A stretch of 64,000 nucleotides of DNA, from assembly GCA_965277405.1 (NCBI GenBank), contig OZ255726.1, positions 1,600,001 to 1,664,000 of the forward strand, read 5' to 3'. The DNA is from Gammaproteobacteria bacterium (GTDB lineage Bacteria > Pseudomonadota > Gammaproteobacteria > G965277405). Shown here one piece after another: positions 9,618 to 18,435 of the stretch. The translations under genes and the position numbers were made by a program. Within the stretch, counting starts at the first letter, position 1; the number at the start of each line of letters is the position of its first letter. A model generated the notes under the pieces. It did no database searches. It saw only the letters and a list, made by a program, of their open reading frames with translations, and had not been told where the DNA came from.

Positions 9618-10960
9618 TAGGAGGGTAATGGTGAAGGTAATCTAATGATATTTATTTTTCTCTTCTTCAGCATCCAAACAAACATTGCGTATGTAAGCAG
9701 GCTATCAAAGCCTATCCCAACACCAAACATGATAGCAATTAACTGCAGATTTGGAGTATAAATTCCAAACTTATATAATATAAATAGAGTTCCATAAAAT
9801 ATAGTATTAACTATGATAGACTGGAACAGCATATAATTAGATTTACCAATACCATAAAAAATACTGTCTATAACATTATTAAACGCAAATAAAATGTAAA
9901 ACAAAGTAGAAACCAAAACTATCTGATAGACATCTTTGTAGTTAGTGACATTCATAACATTTTTAATAAAAAATGTCCAATAAGGCAATGTACAACACCA
10001 GATTAACACGATTGCTCCACTTATAGTAAAGTACCCTAGAGTTCTCAGTTGGATCGCATCGTTCCCATACTCTCCACAGTCTTGCTTCACAAGTTGCCCT
10101 AGCTGAAGCACCGGCCATAACAGCCATCCCCAGATAAAACTGTTGGCAACCCAAAAAGTTCCAGGTTCACCTACAATATTAACCATTTGGAGAACCATTA
10201 ATATAAAAGCTGCATTACGTACAAGGCTTTCTAATCCAGAGTAACCACCTACCTTTAGCCATTCACGCATCCAGTTGAAGGATAATTTTTCATTAAAATC
10301 AATATTAAACCCTTCATTTTTTAAGAACAAAACCATTACAAATAATAAAATTATGTTCGTTATAATGTTACTGATAGCAATCCCTGTAACGCCTAAATCA
10401 AGTGATATAGGCAATTTTGAAACCAGAAAAGTATCCGTAAATACGGATAAAATCATTTGTAATACAAGGAACATGTATAAACACTTATATTTTTTTGTTA
10501 TTATAAGAACAAGCAGTAAAAACTGGACAACCGTAAAAAAAATCGATGCTATTGTTTCAAGTCGAATATAGTTTACTGTGACAGAAACAAGCTCATCCTT
10601 TTGCGCCATGAATACTGTTAATGGTTCAGTAAATAAAATTATGAAAGTTGAAATAAAAGCATATACCCCAAAAGTAACTATCATTCCTGTTTTTACTTTA
10701 TTTGCTAGTTCAATTTTATTTGATAAAGATTTACCCATAAGATAAAATAAAGGTAGCATTATTGCTTCCTGTAGCACCTCATATATTACATTTACCCAAG
10801 CCAACTGACTTGCTATATTGAACCCCCAATCTGTTGGCAAGTCTCCCAAAAAGTAAATTCGTACTGTTTTATATATTGTTGGGATTATACCAATAATCAT
10901 AAGAGCAGCTAAAAGCCTGAAATTAATCTGCTTTAATGAAATTTTTATACTTGTTAACAT
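9617..10960 (-). CDS. MATE-like multi-pass efflux/flippase protein (AT-rich)
   Basis: 447 aa with about 12 hydrophobic segments in two halves; LGVTGIAISNII motif. Confidence 0.7.
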   Translation of the reverse strand: MLTSIKISLKQINFRLLAALMIIGIIPTIYKTVRIYFLGDLPTDWGFNIASQLAWVNVIYEVLQEAIMLPLFYLMGKSLSNKIELANKVKTGMIVTFGVYAFISTFIILFTEPLTVFMAQKDELVSVTVNYIRLETIASIFFTVVQFLLLVLIITKKYKCLYMFLVLQMILSVFTDTFLVSKLPISLDLGVTGIAISNIITNIILLFVMVLFLKNEGFNIDFNEKLSFNWMREWLKVGGYSGLESLVRNAAFILMVLQMVNIVGEPGTFWVANSFIWGWLLWPVLQLGQLVKQDCGEYGNDAIQLRTLGYFTISGAIVLIWCCTLPYWTFFIKNVMNVTNYKDVYQIVLVSTLFYILFAFNNVIDSIFYGIGKSNYMLFQSIIVNTIFYGTLFILYKFGIYTPNLQLIAIMFGVGIGFDSLLTYAMFVWMLKKRKINIIRLPSPLPS

Positions 10961-11208
10961 ATATTTTGTAAGGTAAATAATTTTATGCTGCTAACCTTTA
11001 GGATCAAATCTTTCATAGTAAAGCTCCTTTGAGCATGACTAAAAATAAAACAGTCTTTGTCTGTACTGCCAGCAGCAACCTGTAAATCATATATTAAGAA
11101 GAAACCAGCAGAAGTTGCTCTGAATTTCCATAACCGACCCCAATCTTCTAAAAGTTTAATACGGAGTGAAAAGTTTCACCACAAAAAATGTGTGCGCGAG
11201 CAAAAAAT

Positions 11209-11233
11209 CCTCCGTAGCATTTACACTTAGGGA
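11209..11233 (+). repeat. 25-bp direct repeat (partner at 8880-8904)
   Basis: Exact match. Confidence 0.9.
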
Positions 11234-11334
11234 GCTGTCTGCGCCAGCTAGCAGCAATTAAATAGCAACGTCTTTTAATTACTACAAGTATGGTCGTGGT
11301 AATTATTGTCAGAGTTGGGTGCAAATGCCAGTTA

Positions 11335-12897
11335 TTATGGTGTTTCGTTAAAAATAACTCGCATCCCAATAGATGGTGAGCGGTGATATGCTGGTGCTTT
11401 GGCGATGTAGTCAATCCGTGCTCCTGTGGCGCCATCAACAACATAATTGCCACCTTTAACGACCAAAAAATAATCGTTTCTGCCAACCACAATTGAGCTG
11501 GTCCATTCAGAGACATTTCCTGCCATTGCAACAACGCCGTATGGGTTGACATCGTTGCGGCGATCATCTACCGCTAATGCCTTTGAATATGGAGCGCGGG
11601 AAACCACCAAAGCAGCATCAAAGATATTGCCCCATGGATATATGGTTGTACTGTTTGCTGCAAAAATGGCAGTCCACTGTTCTTGGGTAGGTAGCCTGCC
11701 GCCGGCCCAGCGTGCAAAAGCATCGGCATCCCACCAACTAATACCAGTTACTGGGGCATGAAGTTGGCTGAGTTGATTGCTCCATCGTGCTGGTGTGTAG
11801 TCATGGTTTGCAGGTTCTTTGGTGTTCGCATAAAACCCAAATGCTACCAATGGGTCACGCATGAAAGATTGATATTGAGATACTGTGATTTCATATTTTG
11901 AAATAACGAATGCTGTTGCTGGCTGATTTGGATGAAAAATATCTTTGATAGCTGCGTAGTCGGCTTTACGCAAGCCGCGCAGCATTGGCGGCAGCTTGGC
12001 TTGATCTGGCACTCCAAGCGTTACCGTTTTCGATGGTATAAATCGTGTCGTAGTCTCGCCCCATGGGGTGGGTTTGTCGGCAGCAGCAGTCGGCGGATAC
12101 ACGCAGCGAAACCCAACAAATTGTGAGCGAAAGTTTTGAGGAATTTGGCGGCGAATAAACCGTAGTGCGTGCAAAGAAGCTGGTTTACTCGCTCCATTGG
12201 CCCCCATTATCATCGATTGGTTCGTCCATTCAGAAACTCCAAAACCCATAGCTTGCACGCCTTCTGCGGTTGCCATGGTGGGGTAAACTGCGCAACTTTG
12301 TCCAGCATTTAACAATGGATTGGAAAACCGCCACGGCATGTTATTAAAGGTGTTTCCCCATGGGTAGATGCGGTCATCATTGCTGGCGGCAATTGCTTCC
12401 CATTCATCAGCACTTGGCAGCCGTCCTGCTGCTGCTGTACAATATGCCTGCGCATCGTAATGGTTTATTCCTGTGACTGGTGCGTTGCTTTTTCCAAGAA
12501 TTTTATGGGCTTGATAATCACTTTTCGGCTGCCAGTCAACAGGTGCCTGTGCTGGTCTCCATTGCTGTTGCAGATTATACAAACTCATATATTGCGCAAA
12601 TTCAGCGAATTTACTTTGGGTAACGGGGCATTGATCAACAGATATTGGCGGACGCTGGAACTCAGCAGCGCTGGGCTGTAACAATAGCGTGTCAAATGCA
12701 CTGCTGCGCTGTAGATATGCTAATTGTTGCATCAACACAGTATCAAGCGGGTGTTGCTGTGGTGCTGTTGCTGTGAGCGCGTTGATATCAATACGTTCGA
12801 TTTGTCGTGCGCTAATCCGATACTGATACATGGAAAATATCAGTATCACTACCATCAAACTTAAAAATAATATTGAAGAAACTCGTCGGATTGCCAT
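11335..12897 (-). CDS. Membrane-anchored protein with two tandem FGE-sulfatase (SUMF1/PvdO-like) domains
   Basis: N-terminal TM. Two repeats of PVTGI...DA.A.....GRLP...W, YPWGN, G.VSEWT, ending VGFRCV and IGMRVI. Confidence 0.85.
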   Translation of the reverse strand: MAIRRVSSILFLSLMVVILIFSMYQYRISARQIERIDINALTATAPQQHPLDTVLMQQLAYLQRSSAFDTLLLQPSAAEFQRPPISVDQCPVTQSKFAEFAQYMSLYNLQQQWRPAQAPVDWQPKSDYQAHKILGKSNAPVTGINHYDAQAYCTAAAGRLPSADEWEAIAASNDDRIYPWGNTFNNMPWRFSNPLLNAGQSCAVYPTMATAEGVQAMGFGVSEWTNQSMIMGANGASKPASLHALRFIRRQIPQNFRSQFVGFRCVYPPTAAADKPTPWGETTTRFIPSKTVTLGVPDQAKLPPMLRGLRKADYAAIKDIFHPNQPATAFVISKYEITVSQYQSFMRDPLVAFGFYANTKEPANHDYTPARWSNQLSQLHAPVTGISWWDADAFARWAGGRLPTQEQWTAIFAANSTTIYPWGNIFDAALVVSRAPYSKALAVDDRRNDVNPYGVVAMAGNVSEWTSSIVVGRNDYFLVVKGGNYVVDGATGARIDYIAKAPAYHRSPSIGMRVIFNETP

Positions 12898-14658
12898 TTA
12901 TTGCGCAAGTATTTTACGGCTATTATTCATTGTATTTCCAAACATGATGAAGATAAGAATCAGCGTAATTGCAATTCCTAACACCACATACAGCCATGTT
13001 AAATGGCTGGAATTGCGCTGTTTAGTAATGTCTGTAAATGCACTGGTCAGCGGTATTCCGTCAATCCGCACTTGGTTGACATCCGCAGGTATTTGCAGCG
13101 TACCGTTGGCAAAACCCGCAAAAATATATCCTAGAGTAACCTGTGCCATCGTTGGGTCGAATATCGCAACCGCACGCCAGCTCTGAGTTGTGTTGCCAAG
13201 GTCATCTGGATGCATCAACATAAAATAGTTGTCATACACAGGAATACGCTCACCACGATGAACATAAGGATACAACCGCAACAATACATCTGGTTTGCCT
13301 GCGCCCAGTTGTTGCCAGCTGCCAGTTTGCAGCGGTTTGCCAAGTAATGTCATGGTATGCAACGCTTGATTTGCTGGTACTTTATATATCAGCGGCGGTG
13401 ATGATTCTGATTGCAAGACTTCAATCGGCAAAGACGCTGCTGCGCTTTTTTGGGTGTTGCGCAGTACCAGCGCCATGCTTTTCACCCAGTTAGCAAGATG
13501 AAACTTCTGAATTGAATCTGGGTTTATAACAATCCTTGCAAGGAGCTGCTGCAGCTGTTTATAGTCAAATCCGCGTTGTAATTGGGCTGTTTCGATAGCT
13601 TGGAGTAAATACGTCAGCATCACTATTTCGTATTGCTCTGGTGGGATTTCTAATATTGTTTGCGGTGCACCGCTTGGTTGTGCAGGCGCATCTAAGTTTG
13701 GCAGATTTACCGAAAATTGGCGACGCTCATCTTGCGTTGATTTACCATTGCGCTGTTCATCAATCTCACCAAGGAGTTGCTCAAACAATGCTTGCCCACG
13801 GTTTTCGCCAGCGTCGAGTCCAGCAAGCTGTGGCTGGCTGGCTGCTGCGCTTTGACCATCGCCATCGCCCTGTGCTGCGGCACTTGCTGCGTGTTGTTCG
13901 ATGTTCGCCGGTGGAATAAGCGAATCATCTTCCAGAGCATTAAATGCATTCGGGTCAACGGCAGATGTTCCAGTTGGTAGATTAGCTCCGGCTAGATGGG
14001 TTTGACTGGTGCTACTGCCATCAGCTGCACTTTCTCCAGTTGTATTTCCAAGTTGTCCTGCTGCTAGTTGTTCAGCAAATGACTTGTTATCACCAATGCT
14101 TTGCTGGCGTGATGGAGGTGTATGCAATTCTCCAAGAAAATGCCAATGCCACAGCGGTGCGTTATGTTCGCGTAAAATGGAAATAGCTAAATAAAACATC
14201 GATATGTCGTATACATCAACGCGGATATTATTCACAAGCGTTGCATCCCATGTAGATATTAGTGCGTCAAACCGGTTGTCAGTTTGTTGTTGCAAGCCTG
14301 TCGCAGTAAAAATACTGCCGCTATTAAACTCACGAACAAACCCTTTATGCAGCTCGATGATCGGGTACAAACTCGGTTGGCAGTCGTGAGGAATCGAGCA
14401 ATCATGATAGTTGTGCAAATACGCAGGTTTGGAGCTTGGCAATGCATTCATCACCACAGAGTCGCTTATTTTTCTGGCCATAAGGATATTAAAATCCACC
14501 GCTGTGTTTATTTGTTCCTCTGCTTGTTGCTGTTTGATGGTGTATGACAGGGTGATTAACACCAACATCACCGCAACACTATTCGCCAAAATATCAGCTA
14601 ATGCAACGCCACCGCTGCTTAGCCAGTGTGATTTGTTACTGTGGCTGCGCCTAGTCAT
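12898..14658 (-). CDS. Hypothetical membrane protein with ExbD-like Asp-bearing N-terminal TM and a C-terminal TM
   Basis: 586-aa ORF with GGVALADILANSVAVMLVLITL, LHNYHDCSIPHDC and WHWHFLGE motifs, a low-complexity acidic linker and a C-terminal hydrophobic helix; coupled to its neighbours. Confidence 0.75.
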   Translation of the reverse strand: MTRRSHSNKSHWLSSGGVALADILANSVAVMLVLITLSYTIKQQQAEEQINTAVDFNILMARKISDSVVMNALPSSKPAYLHNYHDCSIPHDCQPSLYPIIELHKGFVREFNSGSIFTATGLQQQTDNRFDALISTWDATLVNNIRVDVYDISMFYLAISILREHNAPLWHWHFLGELHTPPSRQQSIGDNKSFAEQLAAGQLGNTTGESAADGSSTSQTHLAGANLPTGTSAVDPNAFNALEDDSLIPPANIEQHAASAAAQGDGDGQSAAASQPQLAGLDAGENRGQALFEQLLGEIDEQRNGKSTQDERRQFSVNLPNLDAPAQPSGAPQTILEIPPEQYEIVMLTYLLQAIETAQLQRGFDYKQLQQLLARIVINPDSIQKFHLANWVKSMALVLRNTQKSAAASLPIEVLQSESSPPLIYKVPANQALHTMTLLGKPLQTGSWQQLGAGKPDVLLRLYPYVHRGERIPVYDNYFMLMHPDDLGNTTQSWRAVAIFDPTMAQVTLGYIFAGFANGTLQIPADVNQVRIDGIPLTSAFTDITKQRNSSHLTWLYVVLGIAITLILIFIMFGNTMNNSRKILAQ

Positions 14659-15194
14659 TGGCTGGGATCATGCAAAATTGTTGTGCGGATAGAGCGCTTG
14701 ACCTCTGCTGGAATTTCATCCAGATTGATGGCTTTGAGCAGTTGCTCATTGGCAATAATCCAGCCGATTACTATAGGCTGTCTGCCAAGTACCGCCAACA
14801 TGCAGTTCCTTGCGATTGCCATGGTGCCAACCCCACCTTCGGTAATCGCAAAAATCAATTGCGATGTTTGCTTGGAATATATTTGTCTAATATAGTTTAC
14901 AAATGCACTGTTGGGCAGACAAATTTTATCGGGTGCTACCGAGGTATTTTGCTGCAAAATTTGCAAATGATCGGCGAACGTTAACACTACAAACCCTTCG
15001 CTGCCGTTTTCCCATGAAATCCTATACGCGCTTTCTTCGCTGGCATCATCTAGCATCGCGGTAATTTCATTATCGGTAATGGCATTCATCAACACCAATA
15101 GAATCAATAGCAAGCCAAACGCACCGCCGAATATTTCTACCATTGGCACGTTGATTGAGTCACGAATACGAATAGAACGTTTTGGCGTTCTCAT
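14655..15194 (-). CDS. Small single-TM ExbD/TolR-like hypothetical protein
   Basis: Basic N-terminus, then INVPMVEIFGGAFGLLLILLVLM; directly follows the ExbB-like gene. Confidence 0.65.
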   Translation of the reverse strand: MRTPKRSIRIRDSINVPMVEIFGGAFGLLLILLVLMNAITDNEITAMLDDASEESAYRISWENGSEGFVVLTFADHLQILQQNTSVAPDKICLPNSAFVNYIRQIYSKQTSQLIFAITEGGVGTMAIARNCMLAVLGRQPIVIGWIIANEQLLKAINLDEIPAEVKRSIRTTILHDPSQ

Positions 15195-15202
15195 GTGCTA
15201 TG

Positions 15203-16300
15203 TTACTTGCTGTTATGCATTAGTGATCTGCTTTTGAATAGTTGCTCAGCATCTGACAAGTTGCGGTCTTCCCAACGTTGAAATAACGTTTGTACCAGCA
15301 TCAATACAACAGAAAGTGTCAAGGCAACAAGTGTGGTATCAAAGGCAATACCTAATGGTGATATTGCCGCACCTAGCCCCGAGCTGAGGCTGGTTTCACT
15401 CGTTGAAATAATTAAACCAATGCTTTCAGCTGCGAGTGAAATCCCCAACACCGTGCCAATAAATCCTAGAATAGGAATCGACCAGTTGATATAGCGTGGG
15501 ACGGATAAGAAAAAATCTGCCTTCTGCCACGCTAGATCAAATAGTCGCTCTACTGATTGTGCGGTGCTGTCGCCTTTTTTTTGCAATGCAAGATATGCTT
15601 GTACTAGCACCGCAGTATTGATATCAATGTTGAGTTGATCAGCAGCAAATATTTTTTTCCACTCGCTTTGTAACTGCAACCACTTACCAAGGAACAAGAA
15701 AATTGCCCAAAAAAACATCACTAAAATAATCGGTGGAATGACGCCACGTTGCACCAGTTTTGTGTGCAATATTGCAGCAAAAGGTTGTTCTGCAAATACC
15801 ACCAATACCACCATAACAATGCTGGTTAATAGCACCGACACACACACTGGCAGTGCTAATGAAGGACCTGCAAATAACCCATGCAGCAATGTCGACGCAT
15901 CGAGTTGCTCATCTTGTTTGACCAGCTCAAGCTGCATCACGCGCAAACACGCACTTAATCCCAGAGAAAAAATAAGTGTCGTCATATGAGCTGGTAAAAA
16001 CACCTTTCCTTGTGAAAGCCATTGGTATAAATTGGTAAAGGCAACTGCAACGGTAATGAATAATACTACGGTACCAACTGTCATGTTTAAGTGAATAATT
16101 CGTTGAGTCGGGCCTTGAGAAAGCCCAAGCATTGGGGCAATAGCAAACGCAGCACCAATACACGTGCCGACATAAAAAAAGTTTGGTTGTAAAATCCAAC
16201 CAAGACCAGAAAGGGCTGCGATGTAAAAGAGTATTGCGAGTAAGAAAATGAGTCGCGTCATAGTTGTTAGACCGTCAAAAAAAGGCAGTATCATATACAA
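15203..16300 (-). CDS. MotA/TolQ/ExbB proton-channel family protein with extra N-terminal TM helices
   Basis: C-terminal signature IPILGFIGTVLGIS...LGIAFDTTLVAL. Confidence 0.85.
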   Translation of the reverse strand: MYMILPFFDGLTTMTRLIFLLAILFYIAALSGLGWILQPNFFYVGTCIGAAFAIAPMLGLSQGPTQRIIHLNMTVGTVVLFITVAVAFTNLYQWLSQGKVFLPAHMTTLIFSLGLSACLRVMQLELVKQDEQLDASTLLHGLFAGPSLALPVCVSVLLTSIVMVVLVVFAEQPFAAILHTKLVQRGVIPPIILVMFFWAIFLFLGKWLQLQSEWKKIFAADQLNIDINTAVLVQAYLALQKKGDSTAQSVERLFDLAWQKADFFLSVPRYINWSIPILGFIGTVLGISLAAESIGLIISTSETSLSSGLGAAISPLGIAFDTTLVALTLSVVLMLVQTLFQRWEDRNLSDAEQLFKSRSLMHNSK

Positions 16301-16607
16301 CTTCTCAGCAACTAGTTGCTGATTGTCGCGATGCTTTAATATTAAGTATCAGTTGTATTGCACTGCAAAATAATCACAAACTGTATCCTGGCGCAGCTAT
16401 GCCTGCCAAGTTTGCAGGTTTCATTGCGCTCCAACATCACAAAACTGTATCACATTGATGGCTGGATAGATGTCAGATTAAGCAAAAATGTGCGCGTTTG
16501 TTATTGGCTAGCAGCGCTTGTATGGTTGCTGTTGGTGTTGACGCGACTGCGGCTGTCGTTGCGAACAAGGCGTGGCAGAATGTTGCAGAGCCGCGATTAT
16601 TGTTTAG

Positions 16608-16887
16608 GGAACCTCTGATTAAGTCGCTGATGGAGCGAGTTTGATGGCAATTGCTGATGATTGCAAGGCGCAATCCGCTAAGCGCATGCTGTAGCATATA
16701 CGCCAAGGGATGCAACACAGCAATTACCATCAAACCCAAAGTATATTCAACAGAAGGACGGGAAAAAACGCTGCGCTAACGTCGTTGCAGCACTTAATAA
16801 TACCACCAGTATTATCTGCGCACTGCGTCTAGTTATCATCAGCGTTTTTTCTCCGTCTCGCCCATCATGGACTTAATCAGAGGTTCC
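16608..16887 (+). mobile_element. MITE copy inserted in the last codons of bolA
   Basis: TTAG|GGAACCTCTGATTAAGTC...GACTTAATCAGAGGTTCC|TTAG. Confidence 0.95.
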
Positions 16888-17195
16888 TTAGGGTGACATT
16901 GTGGTGATGGTGCGGGGTTTGCCGTTTGCCATTGACTCGCTGTATACGTATGCAGCGCCAGTGCATGGATAGGGTTTTGCATAAGATGCCGCACTGTTGC
17001 ATACACAATTTGATGGGATTGTACTCGAGACTTATTCGTGAATGCTTCACTAACAATAACTACACGAAAATGCGTTTCGCTATTAGCAGGAACGCTGTGG
17101 TTATTGCTTTCGTTGACGATGTCAAGGTGCAATGGCTGTAGCTTGGTTAACAACGACTGTTGTAAGGATGCGGCGATGCCAACGTGTTTGGTCAT
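16839..17195 (-). CDS. bolA: BolA family protein with a MITE-derived C-terminal extension
   Basis: NESNNHSVPANSETHFRVVIVSEAF...HQIVY...IHALALHTYT. Confidence 0.9.
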   Translation of the reverse strand: MTKHVGIAASLQQSLLTKLQPLHLDIVNESNNHSVPANSETHFRVVIVSEAFTNKSRVQSHQIVYATVRHLMQNPIHALALHTYTASQWQTANPAPSPQCHPKEPLIKSMMGETEKKR

Positions 17196-17197
17196 TA

Positions 17198-17893
17198 TTA
17201 AATCGGTATTGGTATCGGATTGATTTTTTTCAGAGTGTAGAGCACTTCACTGCCATCTGCGCGGAGTTGATAATATACAGCAATTCGATACTCAAGTTTG
17301 GGGATGAGCCAAAAATATTCCTTGCGCACCGGGTCAGCAAACAGCACTTCTAATTTAACAGTTTGAAAGGTAGCAACAAGCGTTTCCTTTGTTTCCATGC
17401 CATGATTACGAAACGTCACTTTTTTGCGGGATTTCCCGTTGTATGTTTGATACATGAAAAGCTGTTGCTGCGGATTCTTCTGTAAATCTTGCGCCAGCTG
17501 CAATGCCATTGCAGCCGGGTCAATGCTTGATTGCCTACTTTGGGCATCGAACTGTACCCGCACTGTTTTATCTTGAAATATCCCCCGTCCAGAATCCGCA
17601 TAACTGCGTACATAGATGCGACCATTCTCCCAAATAAAAGAACTTTCAGTGACAGCACCAAACCCCAGAATATTGGCATCTACCACAAATATAAATCCAG
17701 CGCCGACTTCAGTTAGCGTTTGCTTGAGTAAACCAGTTATCGGCAAAAAGCCGAAATGTGTTTTAATTTCATATGTGTAGGCAAATGGCTTTGGATCTGC
17801 TCGAATAGGAAGCGCTATTGAGGATAGTATGCCCAGTATACATCCAGCAACGCCCCATTTGCTTGCGTGATTTTTTATGGGTAATAACCACAT
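17198..17893 (-). CDS. Exported DUF3108-like protein
   Basis: Signal-like N-terminus, beta-rich body, ETLVATFQTVKLE...FWLIPKLEY pattern. Confidence 0.55.
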   Translation of the reverse strand: MWLLPIKNHASKWGVAGCILGILSSIALPIRADPKPFAYTYEIKTHFGFLPITGLLKQTLTEVGAGFIFVVDANILGFGAVTESSFIWENGRIYVRSYADSGRGIFQDKTVRVQFDAQSRQSSIDPAAMALQLAQDLQKNPQQQLFMYQTYNGKSRKKVTFRNHGMETKETLVATFQTVKLEVLFADPVRKEYFWLIPKLEYRIAVYYQLRADGSEVLYTLKKINPIPIPI

Positions 17894-18207
17894 CTTAATT
17901 CATCTCAATTCAACTCATACAATAATAACAAGCAGGTATGCAACCAGTGCTTGCAAACTAGCCTGCGCATGCGTTGGCTTATAAACACTATATCACTAAC
18001 CTGAGTATATAGTTTTCTAATCAAAGTTGGCTTGGCATTACGGGAATATAAGTTGCGCAGCGCAAATATACATATTTAGCGGCTTCTTAATAGTCGGCAG
18101 ATATATGCTAGTACACGTTAATAATTTGTAAGTACCGAGTTTAGATCAACATGTTTGCTGATTACTTGGCGCACATCCTGTAGCAGACACTGCAGGAACG
18201 AGCATTA

Positions 18208-18312
18208 AAATCCAACTTGTAGTTGCCAGCATATGGTATTGTGACCTTGACACGGGGTAATGTTGCAGCAATAGATCGCGACAACAACGTGTTGGCAATT
18301 AAACATTCATCA
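18208..18312 (+). pseudogene. 5' remnant of L-ribulose-5-phosphate 4-epimerase (AraD/UlaF-like)
   Basis: SNL*LPAYGIVTLTRGNVAAIDRDNNVLAIKHS resembles the AraD N-terminus (ANL.LP..GLVT.TWGNVS.IDR...VIKPSG). Confidence 0.6.
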
Positions 18313-18435
18313 ACAAATATGGGACGACATGCAACAGCTTACACAATTGCCTGCATACACGTCTATTCCTTAATACTACAAATAGTGTTAAAGGGGCTTT
18401 TCAGTTAAGTTCTAGTGCTGAGTTGGAGTGAAAAT

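Noticed and set aside
11035-11085. MTKNKTVFVCTA resembles a RadA N-terminus
   Set aside because: Only ~12 codons and the second Cys of the zinc motif is absent; too short to support.
11335-12897. FGE-fold protein as a diversity-generating retroelement target
   Set aside because: No reverse transcriptase and no template/variable repeat pair differing at adenines was seen in the window.
12898-16300. Zorya (ZorAB) defence system or flagellar stator
   Set aside because: No long ZorA-like cytoplasmic tail, no OmpA/MotB peptidoglycan-binding motif recognised, and no ZorC/D/E or flagellar genes adjacent.
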